Source of the DNA: a virus
Reading direction: 5' to 3' (one strand)
IMG/VR virus record: IMGVR_UViG_3300042874_000422
Coordinates: 13,540 to 77,539 of that record
DNA: 64,000 bases
Shown here: positions 46,433-55,255 of the stretch, in pieces
How the letters are laid out: each line of letters begins with the position of its first letter
Position numbering within the stretch: the stretch's first letter is position 1
Notes under the pieces: model-generated
Database searches by the model: none
The model's input: the letters and a program-made list of their open reading frames with translations, nothing else
What the model was told of the DNA's origin: nothing
Translations under genes and position numbers: made by a program

Positions 46433-46831
46433 ATGCTCCAGTTCTCCCCTCTTGGCTCCGTGTCCGATGACTACGTGGATTGCTTGGCCGAGGGTGGAGA
46501 TGCGGACGTCTGCCGAGAGCTGCATCCGCCGACACCTGGCGCGCCCACGACCTCGCCGATCATGACGGCGGAAGAACAGCAGATCGCTTCGAGCCATGCG
46601 TGCGACGTCTGCGACCCGAACACGCAGTGGTGTGACGGCACGACGTGTATCCCGTTTACCGTCGAAGAACAGGCTAAGTGGGCTGCTGTCGGAAAGCCGC
46701 CCGAGCAGATCGTCGTTCGGGCGAGCCCGACCCGATCGCTCATCCCCGGTGTTTCCAACACGACGCTCGCGATCGGCGCGGCCTTGCTCGGGCTGGGTGT
46801 CATCGCCTACAAGCGCACGCGCCGAGCGTGA
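46433..46831 (+). CDS. Cys-rich virion membrane protein (C-terminal TM plus basic tail)
   Basis: CDP.TQW...CIPF module also present in the next gene. Confidence 0.6.
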   Translation: MLQFSPLGSVSDDYVDCLAEGGDADVCRELHPPTPGAPTTSPIMTAEEQQIASSHACDVCDPNTQWCDGTTCIPFTVEEQAKWAAVGKPPEQIVVRASPTRSLIPGVSNTTLAIGAALLGLGVIAYKRTRRA

Positions 46832-46862
46832 TAGCCTACGTTCCAAGGAAGGTGAAGAAGAC

Positions 46863-47225
46863 ATGATTACGATGAACGGACTCGGAGCAGGCGGCGATAA
46901 CTGCGACCCAGCAACGTCGTGGTACCAGTCCGACCCGAACATGGCGTACTACGGGAGCTGCATCCCGTTCGCCGGCCTTCCCGGCTCAAGCTCGACCGGC
47001 CCCGCGCCGACGACGCAGACGACGGCAGCGTCTCCGTGGTGGGGCTCGCTCCTCACCAGCCTCACGTCGGGCGTGGTCAAGGGCATCGTCGGCAACGACG
47101 GTCAGCCCGCGACTCCGACGATGCCGCCGCCCAGGATGCCGCCCACGCCGTGGTACGCAACGCCGACCGGCATGATCGGCATCGGTGTCGGTGCGGTCGC
47201 GCTGATCTTCCTGCTGAGGAAGTAA
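46863..47225 (+). CDS. virion membrane protein
   Basis: MITMNGLG; CDP..SW...CIPF; TM then RK. Confidence 0.65.
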   Translation: MITMNGLGAGGDNCDPATSWYQSDPNMAYYGSCIPFAGLPGSSSTGPAPTTQTTAASPWWGSLLTSLTSGVVKGIVGNDGQPATPTMPPPRMPPTPWYATPTGMIGIGVGAVALIFLLRK

Positions 47226-47479
47226 TGCTGGCGGTCTCACCAGCAAAGCAACCGCTCGCCGGGATTCTCGATAACTTCATCGACTCAGTCACCGGTAGAG
47301 CCGTCTCCAGCGCGACCACCGCCGCACAACCGCTGCTCGACGACGTCGAGCGACGAGTCAAGGCGCTCATTCTGCCTGTGGTCTTCTTCACCGCCGGTAG
47401 CTTCTTGATCGGGCTACTCACGTACCGCGAAGTGGCCAAGCGATCGAAACCGGTCGCGGGACTCCGAGGGCGCCGATGA
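47225..47479 (+). CDS. small membrane protein
   Basis: LAG; TM; VAGLRGRR. Confidence 0.55.
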   Translation: MLAVSPAKQPLAGILDNFIDSVTGRAVSSATTAAQPLLDDVERRVKALILPVVFFTAGSFLIGLLTYREVAKRSKPVAGLRGRR

Positions 47480-47775
47480 TTCTCCTGAACCCGAACGTTG
47501 GCGTTGCGCCAGGCACCACGACCATGCAGCTCGGCGAAGCGTGCGCGCCGGATCCGATCGAGCCCGAGTCGCCGTTCACGCAGATGGTCACGACGTACGC
47601 GCCGTCGTCGACGACACTCGACACCGGCGTGGAGCTGTGGATCCCGTACCAAGACACCGTTCGCTTACGTGGGCTCGGTGAGATTGCGCCGCCGCGCTGG
47701 GGGCTCGTGCTGCTCGCCGGACTCACCGCGTTCGGCATCGTGCTCGGATTGCGACGTTGGCGCGCCAAGCGTTGA
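47476..47775 (+). CDS. small membrane protein
   Basis: LRGLG; TM; RRWRAKR. Confidence 0.6.
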   Translation: MILLNPNVGVAPGTTTMQLGEACAPDPIEPESPFTQMVTTYAPSSTTLDTGVELWIPYQDTVRLRGLGEIAPPRWGLVLLAGLTAFGIVLGLRRWRAKR

Positions 47776-47793
47776 GCGTGATACCGTAGCCGC

Positions 47794-48237
47794 ATGCTCG
47801 GTTTCATTCCCGCGCCGATGGGCCAGAAGGTCCCCGGGCAGTACCCGAATCAGATCCAGTACAGCTACGGCGGCGACGGTCACTACCTCTGTCCCCCGGA
47901 TCCGCGGTTCAACCAGCACGGCGAGATCGGGATGTACTACGACACGCCGCTCGGTGGCCCACAGATCCCGACGGACGCAGAGCTGGCGACCGTCTACGGC
48001 CGGACACCGGTCGCGAGCGCGTGGATCACCGCCAAGGAAGGCTACTTCCCGTCGCCGTGGCGACCGCCGGGCGGCTGGAACCCCGCTGGCGCATGGGGCC
48101 CGCAGCCGAGCTTGGGCGCTGCGCCCATGATCTTCTACAAGTTCGGCATGTCGCCGCTACTGTGGGGGCTCGTCGCGGGCGCGGGCGGGCTCCTCTGGTG
48201 GATGACGCACAAGACCAAGCCGCGTCGGAGGCGTTAG
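47794..48237 (+). CDS. Pro/Gly-rich membrane protein
   Basis: SLG; TM; KTKPRRRR. Confidence 0.6.
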   Translation: MLGFIPAPMGQKVPGQYPNQIQYSYGGDGHYLCPPDPRFNQHGEIGMYYDTPLGGPQIPTDAELATVYGRTPVASAWITAKEGYFPSPWRPPGGWNPAGAWGPQPSLGAAPMIFYKFGMSPLLWGLVAGAGGLLWWMTHKTKPRRRR

Positions 48238-48477
48238 ATGCTGACGCTCGGGCTCGGTGATCCCGTCGATCTGACGTTGCCAGAAACGGCGACGGCGACC
48301 GAGACACAGGCTGTGATCGCCGCGCTCAACGCGCACAACGATCGTGTTTTCAAGGTCACGCTGATCTCGACGATCGTTGTCGGGCTCGCAGCGGCGCTCA
48401 ACACGCTGCGCACGTTCCGCACCCTTCAGCGCGAGGAAGCGCGCGAGATGGCTCTCTTAAAAAGGCTCAAGAAATAA
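48238..48477 (+). CDS. small membrane protein
   Basis: MLTLGLGD; single TM. Confidence 0.6.
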   Translation: MLTLGLGDPVDLTLPETATATETQAVIAALNAHNDRVFKVTLISTIVVGLAAALNTLRTFRTLQREEAREMALLKRLKK

Positions 48478-48791
48478 TGGCGAAGCAAGCGGCTCTCCCG
48501 ACGTACCGCACTGCCGCTCGCGTTCTTGAGGGCGAAAAGGGTTCGGGCATTCGCCTCGCCGGCTGGACAGTCGCCCGCACGCTCATGATCGCACCGCCGA
48601 TGATGATCGTCGGTGTTCCGATCCGGCAGGCGTTCACAGGCGCGGCGCTCTCGTCAGCGCTGATCAGTCTGTTCACGGTGATCCGCCTCTTCGATGCACG
48701 GCAGACCGGCATGGCCGGGCTCGACTATGGCAAGCAGATGGCCGGGCTCACTCGTCGACGGCCGGTTCGCCGGCGCTCTTACGCAAGGTAA
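48477..48791 (+). CDS. small membrane protein
   Basis: 2 TM; MAGL twice; Arg-rich tail. Confidence 0.6.
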   Translation: MAKQAALPTYRTAARVLEGEKGSGIRLAGWTVARTLMIAPPMMIVGVPIRQAFTGAALSSALISLFTVIRLFDARQTGMAGLDYGKQMAGLTRRRPVRRRSYAR

Positions 48792-49035
48792 GAATCAGCG
48801 GGATCGACGGCCAGATCACGCCGAACACGATCGACGAGCCCGTGATCAGGAGCAGCTCTTGGATGTCGAGCGGTTCGTCGATCACGTGACGCCGGGCCGC
48901 TTCGTAGAGCAGCACGACACTGGTCATCGTCACAAGGATCGCGACGGCGACGTACGTTGGCCCGACGAATACCGCGACAGCGCCCGAGATGAACAGCGCG
49001 AAGACAATCTGACCAAGTGCGGTGAGGAACTGCAC
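48748..49035 (-). CDS. 3-TM membrane protein
   Basis: Hydrophobic throughout. Confidence 0.5.
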   Translation of the reverse strand: MQFLTALGQIVFALFISGAVAVFVGPTYVAVAILVTMTSVVLLYEAARRHVIDEPLDIQELLLITGSSIVFGVIWPSIPLILTLRKSAGEPAVDE

Positions 49036-49075
49036 CCCCTCTATCTACACGAGGGGTACGTCATCGCGCGAAATT

Positions 49076-51163
49076 TCACGCTCGCGCGCGCCCGTTCGCG
49101 GGCTTGGCGGGCTTGACAGGCGGCTGAACCTCGACTGCGTTGTCGTCACCGGTCTCGTCACCTTCGTCTTCCTCGTCCTCATCTTCGTCGTCATCGGTGT
49201 TGCCCGACAGCTCGTTGAGAACGATCTGTGCGGCCTCGTCGCGGAACTGCTGCGAAGCATCCGGCAGGAGGACGTCCATGAAGTCGGCGACACGACCCTG
49301 ACCGAGCAGCTCGGTCATCGCGAGGATTTGGATCTGCTGCTGCATCACGATCATCGCGGCCTGCAAGATCACACTCGCCGCCTGTTCTGGCTCGACACCG
49401 TCGACGGTGCTGTCCTTCTTGAGACGCGGCGGCGACATCTTCAGCGACTCGTGGAAATGCGCGACACCGACACGAAGCTCTTCGACCTTCGGCAGAATCG
49501 GACCGAACCATTCAAGATCGGTGCGCCCATGGATACGCCTGACCTGTGCGCCCTCGACGACAGCGGGAACCGGGCCCGTCGTCCATTGTGCGTTCGGATC
49601 CTTGCCGTTGCCGTTCGAGGCTCGCACCGACGACGTCTGCGAGACTTGCGTGTCACCGGCGGGGCCCGCGCTCGCGGGAACCTGTGGGCCGTTCAGACCG
49701 CCAGCTTGCTGACGCGCCTGCATCTGCGCCTGCACCGTCATCGCCTGCGCCTGTGCCTGCATCGCGGCGGCGTTCGCCTGCGCGAGTGACGCCTGCGATT
49801 GCTGTGTCGCTACGGCTTCCTTGGTCTTGCCGCCGAGATACCGCTCGGCCATCGACGACGCGCGCTCCAGTCCCTTCTCGATCAGCTGGATGGTCTCGCT
49901 ACCACCGCCGCTGTTGAGCTGCAGGATTTGCTCGACGGCGTTGCGCTGCATTTCGAGGATCGACTGGTACGTCGACGTGATCGAGCGCGTCGCCTGATCG
50001 AGCCCGTTGCTTGACTCCTTGGCCATCGCCATCACGTCGCGCGGGTTCATCATGTACGACTGCATCTGCGCCATCTGTGCGGTCTGGTTGCGGGCTTGCT
50101 CCTTCACCGCTTCGACCTGCTGGCGTGCGTTCTCCTGTAGGAACATCAGCATCGGGTCCGGGCCCTTGTTCGCTGACGCTGCGGCGAGCGCAGCGGTCTG
50201 TGCCGCAGCTTGCTGTTGTGCCACGACCGACGCCTGCATCGCTTCCATCTGGCGACGGCTCTCCTCGGCCTGACGCTGGATCATCTCCTTCATCTCGCGC
50301 TCGCGGCGTTCAGCTTCGCGCTCGCGGCGCTCATCGGCGGCTTGCTGCGCGAGCACGCGGTTCTGTTCCTTCAACGCCTCGATCGCGGGGTCGGTCGTCG
50401 GGCGCTGCGTCGCCGCCGTGGCGAGGGCCGCGATCATCTGCTCCAGCTTCGAGAACTTCTCGTTCTGGGCGTTCGCCTCGGCACGCATACGAGCCTCGGC
50501 GCGCTCCAGCTCCTGTCGGTGCTGCGCCTGCATCTGCTCCTCGCGGGCGCGCTGCAACTGCGCCTGCATCTCCTTGAGCTGCTCTTCCATGCGTCGACGG
50601 TCCGCGTCAGCCGCAGCGAGCGCGGCGCTGTTCGGGTCATAGCGGACGACCGGCTCACGCGGCGTGTACTGCGAGGCCGGCGGCTGCTGCACGTAGACCG
50701 TCTGCGGCTGACCGGGAACGTTGGCGGGGAGACCGTTGTGGAACGCGGAAGGGAAAGAACCCATAGGACGCACCTGCTGTGGCTGTGAGGGGGCGATCGG
50801 ACGATCGGGGGCGGCTGCTGCCGAGAGCGTCGGCGGAACCTTCTCGGGGTAATCTTGCGGGTTGTAGAAGATCGTCCAGTCGTGCTTCGCCGGCTGCGGC
50901 ATCGACGAATCGGTGACGGTGATGGCGTACATGCCGCCACCCGACCAATCCGTCACGAGCCACTGCTCCAGTCCCTTGACGTCTTCCTTCGACCAATTCG
51001 AGCCCTGCGATGACCCATCGTCACCGGCGGGCAGCGGGATCATCGTGCGGGCGTTGCCCTTCAGCTTCTCCACACGAACGGAGAGCGGTTCTGACATGGA
51101 CTCCAGCTTGGCTGGATCGAACACCTTGGCGCCGATGGGTTGCTTGCTCACGGCGTCCACCAT
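49076..51163 (-). CDS. large Gln/Ala-rich coiled-coil protein
   Basis: Globular N-terminus, Pro-rich linker, long helical middle, acidic tail. Confidence 0.75.
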   Translation of the reverse strand: MVDAVSKQPIGAKVFDPAKLESMSEPLSVRVEKLKGNARTMIPLPAGDDGSSQGSNWSKEDVKGLEQWLVTDWSGGGMYAITVTDSSMPQPAKHDWTIFYNPQDYPEKVPPTLSAAAAPDRPIAPSQPQQVRPMGSFPSAFHNGLPANVPGQPQTVYVQQPPASQYTPREPVVRYDPNSAALAAADADRRRMEEQLKEMQAQLQRAREEQMQAQHRQELERAEARMRAEANAQNEKFSKLEQMIAALATAATQRPTTDPAIEALKEQNRVLAQQAADERREREAERREREMKEMIQRQAEESRRQMEAMQASVVAQQQAAAQTAALAAASANKGPDPMLMFLQENARQQVEAVKEQARNQTAQMAQMQSYMMNPRDVMAMAKESSNGLDQATRSITSTYQSILEMQRNAVEQILQLNSGGGSETIQLIEKGLERASSMAERYLGGKTKEAVATQQSQASLAQANAAAMQAQAQAMTVQAQMQARQQAGGLNGPQVPASAGPAGDTQVSQTSSVRASNGNGKDPNAQWTTGPVPAVVEGAQVRRIHGRTDLEWFGPILPKVEELRVGVAHFHESLKMSPPRLKKDSTVDGVEPEQAASVILQAAMIVMQQQIQILAMTELLGQGRVADFMDVLLPDASQQFRDEAAQIVLNELSGNTDDDEDEDEEDEGDETGDDNAVEVQPPVKPAKPANGRARA

Positions 51164-51226
51164 AAGTCGTCTCAACGAGCCTAGCTAATATTTGCGAGCA
51201 GAAGATCGAAAGCCTATGTTGCCGGC

Positions 51227-51706
51227 ATGGGCCATTCGAACCTCAAGAAAGAGCTGAACACCCTCCTCGTTCCCAAAGAGCGAGTGATCTCGAAAGGTCA
51301 GGGCTGCTGGAACTGCAAGCACTGGGATCGCGAGATGGCCAAACCCCTGTGGACACAGAAACGCCAAGGGGATCTCACGACGGCGTTGAACCTCGCGCTC
51401 GATCTCCCCAAAGGCGAACCGACGACGATGCAGGAGGCAGTCGAGGCCGGACCGAACGGTGTTCGCTGCTTCAACATCAAGTCGATGGTCGACAGCCTCG
51501 ACCACCTGGTCGCCTCCGGTCACGTGGGCGTCTGTAAGGGCGGGGGCCGGAACGAGAAGGACGACCCCGTCGGTGACTTCGTCGTCCACTCGTTCCAGTG
51601 CGATCGATGGACCGGTGTGTCCGGCGCCTCGCTCGCGACCGGCGGCAAGAGCGACACGCTGCCGATGGAGCTGGCCGAGAAGATCGACAAGCCCAAGCCG
51701 AGCTGA
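51227..51706 (+). CDS. hypothetical Cys-containing protein
   Basis: CWNCKHW...GVC...CDRW. Confidence 0.6.
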   Translation: MGHSNLKKELNTLLVPKERVISKGQGCWNCKHWDREMAKPLWTQKRQGDLTTALNLALDLPKGEPTTMQEAVEAGPNGVRCFNIKSMVDSLDHLVASGHVGVCKGGGRNEKDDPVGDFVVHSFQCDRWTGVSGASLATGGKSDTLPMELAEKIDKPKPS

Positions 51707-51731
51707 CCCGTTTTACGGCTCGACGCCTTCT

Positions 51732-52247
51732 ATGTCGGGCTCCACCCAGAAACACGCGGAGAATCGACAGGCTCAAGAACTGATGCAGCTCGACGCCAAC
51801 AATCTCACAGAAAAACGTTGCACTAAGTGCAAACAGATTAAGGCGTTAGATCAGTTCTACGCGCAACCCAGAGGTCACTTAAAACGCGCGGCCCAGTGCA
51901 AGGCGTGCGACCGCACGTACTACAGCAAACGCTGGCGGGACAACAAAGACGCTCTGCGCCCCAAGCTCAACGCCTGGAAGAAAAACAACCCGGACAAAGT
52001 CCAAACCATAGCCCTCCGACGGTACGGGCTAACCAGCGCGTCCTACAAAGCCATGCTGAAGGCTCAAGGCGGCTTGTGCGGGCTCTGCGGCAAGCCGTTC
52101 GACAACACCCGTCTGGGGCGCCCGAACATTGATCACGACCACGATACCGGCGTCGTTCGTCAACTGATTCACGGGTCCTGCAACCTCGTGCTCGGCATGG
52201 CCAAAGAGGACGTCGAGGTACTACGTGGAGCCATCGACTACCTATAG
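51732..52247 (+). CDS. endonuclease VII-like HNH endonuclease
   Basis: KRCTKC, CKAC, RYGLT...Y..M...Q.G.C.LC, IDHDHDTG.VR.L....CN..LG. Confidence 0.85.
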   Translation: MSGSTQKHAENRQAQELMQLDANNLTEKRCTKCKQIKALDQFYAQPRGHLKRAAQCKACDRTYYSKRWRDNKDALRPKLNAWKKNNPDKVQTIALRRYGLTSASYKAMLKAQGGLCGLCGKPFDNTRLGRPNIDHDHDTGVVRQLIHGSCNLVLGMAKEDVEVLRGAIDYL

Positions 52248-52258
52248 AGGCACAAACG

Positions 52259-52594
52259 ATGATGGAAGTCCTGTTTGTCTACTCGTTGTTAACGTCGGCG
52301 CTGTTCTACCTTGGTAGCCGCGCCAAAATCACCCAAGTCTTGTGGTCGAAGTACCCGCCGTGGCTTGCGAGCTGGGCCGATTGTGCGGCTTGCTCAGGAG
52401 CCTGGTACGGCTTCGCTGTCGGACTCGTGGCCTCCAACAGCGGCGCAGACCTCCCCCGTATACTGACGCAGTGGTGGTCGCCCCTGATCGTCGGCCTGTG
52501 CTCGATCGTGTGGACCCCCATCGTCGCAGGCTTCATGCAGGCCGGGTTCGAACGGCTCGGCACCACGATCGCAGAAGACGATGCCCAGACCTAA
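52259..52594 (+). CDS. DUF1360-like membrane protein
   Basis: TM helices around CAACSGAW. Confidence 0.5.
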   Translation: MMEVLFVYSLLTSALFYLGSRAKITQVLWSKYPPWLASWADCAACSGAWYGFAVGLVASNSGADLPRILTQWWSPLIVGLCSIVWTPIVAGFMQAGFERLGTTIAEDDAQT

Positions 52595-52862
52595 CCGGTC
52601 GATGGCGCCGTACTTCGTGCAGATGCGGGAGCTGGAACGCAGGCTCTTGCGCAGCGCGTTGACACAAGCGCAAGAATCGGTCGGTTCTGTCACTACCAAG
52701 CCCGGGGATCTCATACACGTCGTCGCCGCGATGCTTGGCGTCAAGCCCGGCTACATCAAGGTGCGCGCGAAGGTGCTCGGCGGCGTACTCGACGATCAGC
52801 CTCTGGAACCACCACCCAAGATCGCGACCGAGGTCTGGGCAGAACAGGACAACAAATCGTGA
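52581..52862 (+). CDS. Fis-like HTH protein
   Basis: ELERRLLRSAL...AAMLGV. Confidence 0.5.
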   Translation: MPRPNRSMAPYFVQMRELERRLLRSALTQAQESVGSVTTKPGDLIHVVAAMLGVKPGYIKVRAKVLGGVLDDQPLEPPPKIATEVWAEQDNKS

Positions 52863-53134
52863 TGCGAAACCTGGTCGTTCAGGCTCTGCCGGCGGGCGCC
52901 GTGATGACAATCAACGTCGAGCCGCCGATGGCTGACGACGAACGGCCGATCCTCCTCCCGTTTCGAGGCAGCGGGACCGTTGTCGTACGTGTGATCCATA
53001 ATGCCTGCCTCGAAATCGAAAACACGACATCCGAAATCGCGCCGTTCGCGATCTGCGTCGGGAAACCGCCACAGCTGCCCCCACAGGTGCAAGTGCTGGC
53101 GAACCTGCTCATTCACACGTTGAGGAACCGCTGA
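52859..53134 (+). CDS. hypothetical protein
   Basis: Coupled ORF. Confidence 0.5.
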   Translation: MMRNLVVQALPAGAVMTINVEPPMADDERPILLPFRGSGTVVVRVIHNACLEIENTTSEIAPFAICVGKPPQLPPQVQVLANLLIHTLRNR

Positions 53135-53610
53135 TGCAATCTGCCACGCTGACCCTGACTCTCGCCGACTACGACGCGCTCAAAAACGCCCGCACGACGG
53201 CCGAGAACGAAGCTGCCGATCTCCGACGACAACTCAAAGAGGCGCGCACGGCCGACCCGCTCGGCAAGCTGACCGACCTCAACAAGTTCACGCGCGACTG
53301 CATGACGGTCGCTCGCTTCGCCGTCGCGAATCTTCCGCCCGAGACGATTCGCGGCTGGCCGTACGAGGCGCTGCAGAACCTCGCGCACAACATCCACGTG
53401 CTGCCGGACTTCTCGACGAACGATCGCGACATGGCGCTCGATTTGCTCGCGTTCGCGCGCGACGCCGAGGAGCTGGAGAAGCGTCGTAAGGCGACCGCGA
53501 TGGTGCCGACGAAGTTCACCGCTGAAGAGCTGGAAGAGCGTCGACGTCGACTAGAACAGGATCCGATCGCACAAGGATTGATCGCCAAGATGCAGGGCAC
53601 GAACGTTTAG
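53134..53610 (+). CDS. helical hypothetical protein
   Basis: Coupled ORF with typical codon bias. Confidence 0.6.
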   Translation: MQSATLTLTLADYDALKNARTTAENEAADLRRQLKEARTADPLGKLTDLNKFTRDCMTVARFAVANLPPETIRGWPYEALQNLAHNIHVLPDFSTNDRDMALDLLAFARDAEELEKRRKATAMVPTKFTAEELEERRRRLEQDPIAQGLIAKMQGTNV

Positions 53611-53749
53611 TTGCTCGCGATCTCTGTCGTGTGGTAACTCCGAGATCAGGATCGTCGTCCGTCTCGACCCGGACCGATCCAAGGCACCCTCGACACACTC
53701 GCCCCCGAGAGTTGAGGGTGCCCAACCGCTTTCTGATACGATGATCGCC

Positions 53750-54106
53750 ATGATCATCCGTGTCGCGTACGACGGCCCACCGTACTCGTACGAACCGAAA
53801 GAGCAGCCGATGCTGGGCTGCGGTTCGTGTAACAAGCCGCTCGGGCTCGTTCGCGAGGGTCTCCGTGGACTCGGACGTAGCGCACCGCCAGTGGTGAACC
53901 CAGGTGATGGGGGCTTCGATCCGGTGAGGGATGATCCGGCTGTCAAAGACTATTACGAGCAGCAAACGGCTGCAGCCTCAGCCTCAATAGCGGCCGGCTC
54001 GATGCCGATCCACATGATGCAGAAAGTGCAGCCTGTTGTGAAATATTGGCCGTACATCTTCGCAGCTGGCGCGATCGGGCTCTACTTCATCGTCAGGAAG
54101 AAGTGA
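53750..54106 (+). CDS. virion membrane protein
   Basis: MLG, PLG, GLRGLG; C-terminal TM then RKK. Confidence 0.6.
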   Translation: MIIRVAYDGPPYSYEPKEQPMLGCGSCNKPLGLVREGLRGLGRSAPPVVNPGDGGFDPVRDDPAVKDYYEQQTAAASASIAAGSMPIHMMQKVQPVVKYWPYIFAAGAIGLYFIVRKK

Positions 54107-54312
54107 TGCTGACGCTCAGCGACGCGGTCCCACCGCAGGATCCGACCACCGCTGACGCGCCGATCGTCAAGCCACCAGCTATCGAGATGGTGAAGATCAA
54201 GGCGCTGTCAACGTGGAACGCGCTCACGATCGGCGTGATCACCGGGTTCGCGCTCAGCCTCGGCACGTTCATCTTCGAGAGCGCACGCGATAAGATTCGC
54301 GCTCGTCGCTAG
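54106..54312 (+). CDS. small membrane protein
   Basis: MLTLSD (compare MLTLGLGD at 48238); TM. Confidence 0.55.
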   Translation: MLTLSDAVPPQDPTTADAPIVKPPAIEMVKIKALSTWNALTIGVITGFALSLGTFIFESARDKIRARR

Positions 54313-54926
54313 TACACCTGCTTCTGCGGCTTCCGTCGATTCTCCCACTCTTCCTTGGCGATCTCCTGGCCAGCCCTCTCTCTGACCTGCTGAACGCTCA
54401 AGGTGTCTTGGTGCTCGTCGGCGATTCGCTTGAGTCGGATCGCGTACTCGCCGTACGGGAGCTTGTGCTTCTGGTAGTGGAGGTAGCGCGCCCACGCCGC
54501 TTCTTCGGCGGCTGGGAAGAAACCGATCACCATCTCCTCGTTCAAGAGGGGATTGCGCCCCACGGCGCGGAATCGCTTCTTGCCGTTCGTTCCGCCGGTC
54601 ACGTAGATGCCGACGAACCCGCTCGCCAGGTCATCGCTCCGGTGCAGCTTTGAGAGGTCGATCTGATCGATGAGCTGTTGATGCGCGTTCAAAAACTCGG
54701 GGCCGAACACGTCTAGGTCCCCAGTTTTCACCATGTGATCGATCTTCCGGAAGAACCACCGGAGGACCCATCGGGGTGTCGTATCCATGTCCGAGGCCAG
54801 CTGGAAGAACAGCTGCCAAACAGCGGGAGGTATCGCAATCCTCGTTTGCCTGAAGCCGGAATCGTCCAAATCCGAGGGCTCGGTGGTTTCTGGATCCGGC
54901 TGATCTGTAGTGCTTTTGGCAATCAT
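54309..54926 (-). CDS. AP2-domain DNA-binding protein
   Basis: SGFVGIY...KRFRA...IGFF.AAEEAA.A; RHH-like N-terminal part; no HNH motif seen. Confidence 0.6.
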   Translation of the reverse strand: MIAKSTTDQPDPETTEPSDLDDSGFRQTRIAIPPAVWQLFFQLASDMDTTPRWVLRWFFRKIDHMVKTGDLDVFGPEFLNAHQQLIDQIDLSKLHRSDDLASGFVGIYVTGGTNGKKRFRAVGRNPLLNEEMVIGFFPAAEEAAWARYLHYQKHKLPYGEYAIRLKRIADEHQDTLSVQQVRERAGQEIAKEEWENRRKPQKQVY

Positions 54927-54929
54927 CCC

Positions 54930-55200
54930 CGGCCATCTAAACGAATTTCGACCAAAACGTCCATCTCATTTTCCGGAAAACCCTCAAATCCGACCCTCCC
55001 CTGTCGAGCAACTTGATACACGGGATGTATCACCAAATCGCAAGTATCTGTATATATAGGCTTCTATAAAACCGTAGTAGTAAAGAGTGTGTTTGGGAAA
55101 GTCCGTAGGATTTTTCGAGATTTCGAAATAGAAAACGAAAGCTCGAAGGATAATTACAAAGACTACTAACCCCATTTTTGCCTCCGAGCGATGTTGATAC
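54930..55200. promoter_or_regulatory. AT-rich non-coding region (candidate origin or control region)
   Basis: Sharp GC drop; inverted repeat TGATACA-CGGGA-TGTATCA at 55014-55032. Confidence 0.5.
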
Positions 55201-55255
55201 ACCGCCAGAACGAGGACGCAGCTATCCCGACAGGTTGAGCCGGCTTCGGTGAGCC

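Noticed and set aside
49076-51163. Tail tape-measure protein of a tailed phage
   Set aside because: No neighbouring tail tube, chaperone or baseplate genes are recognisable.
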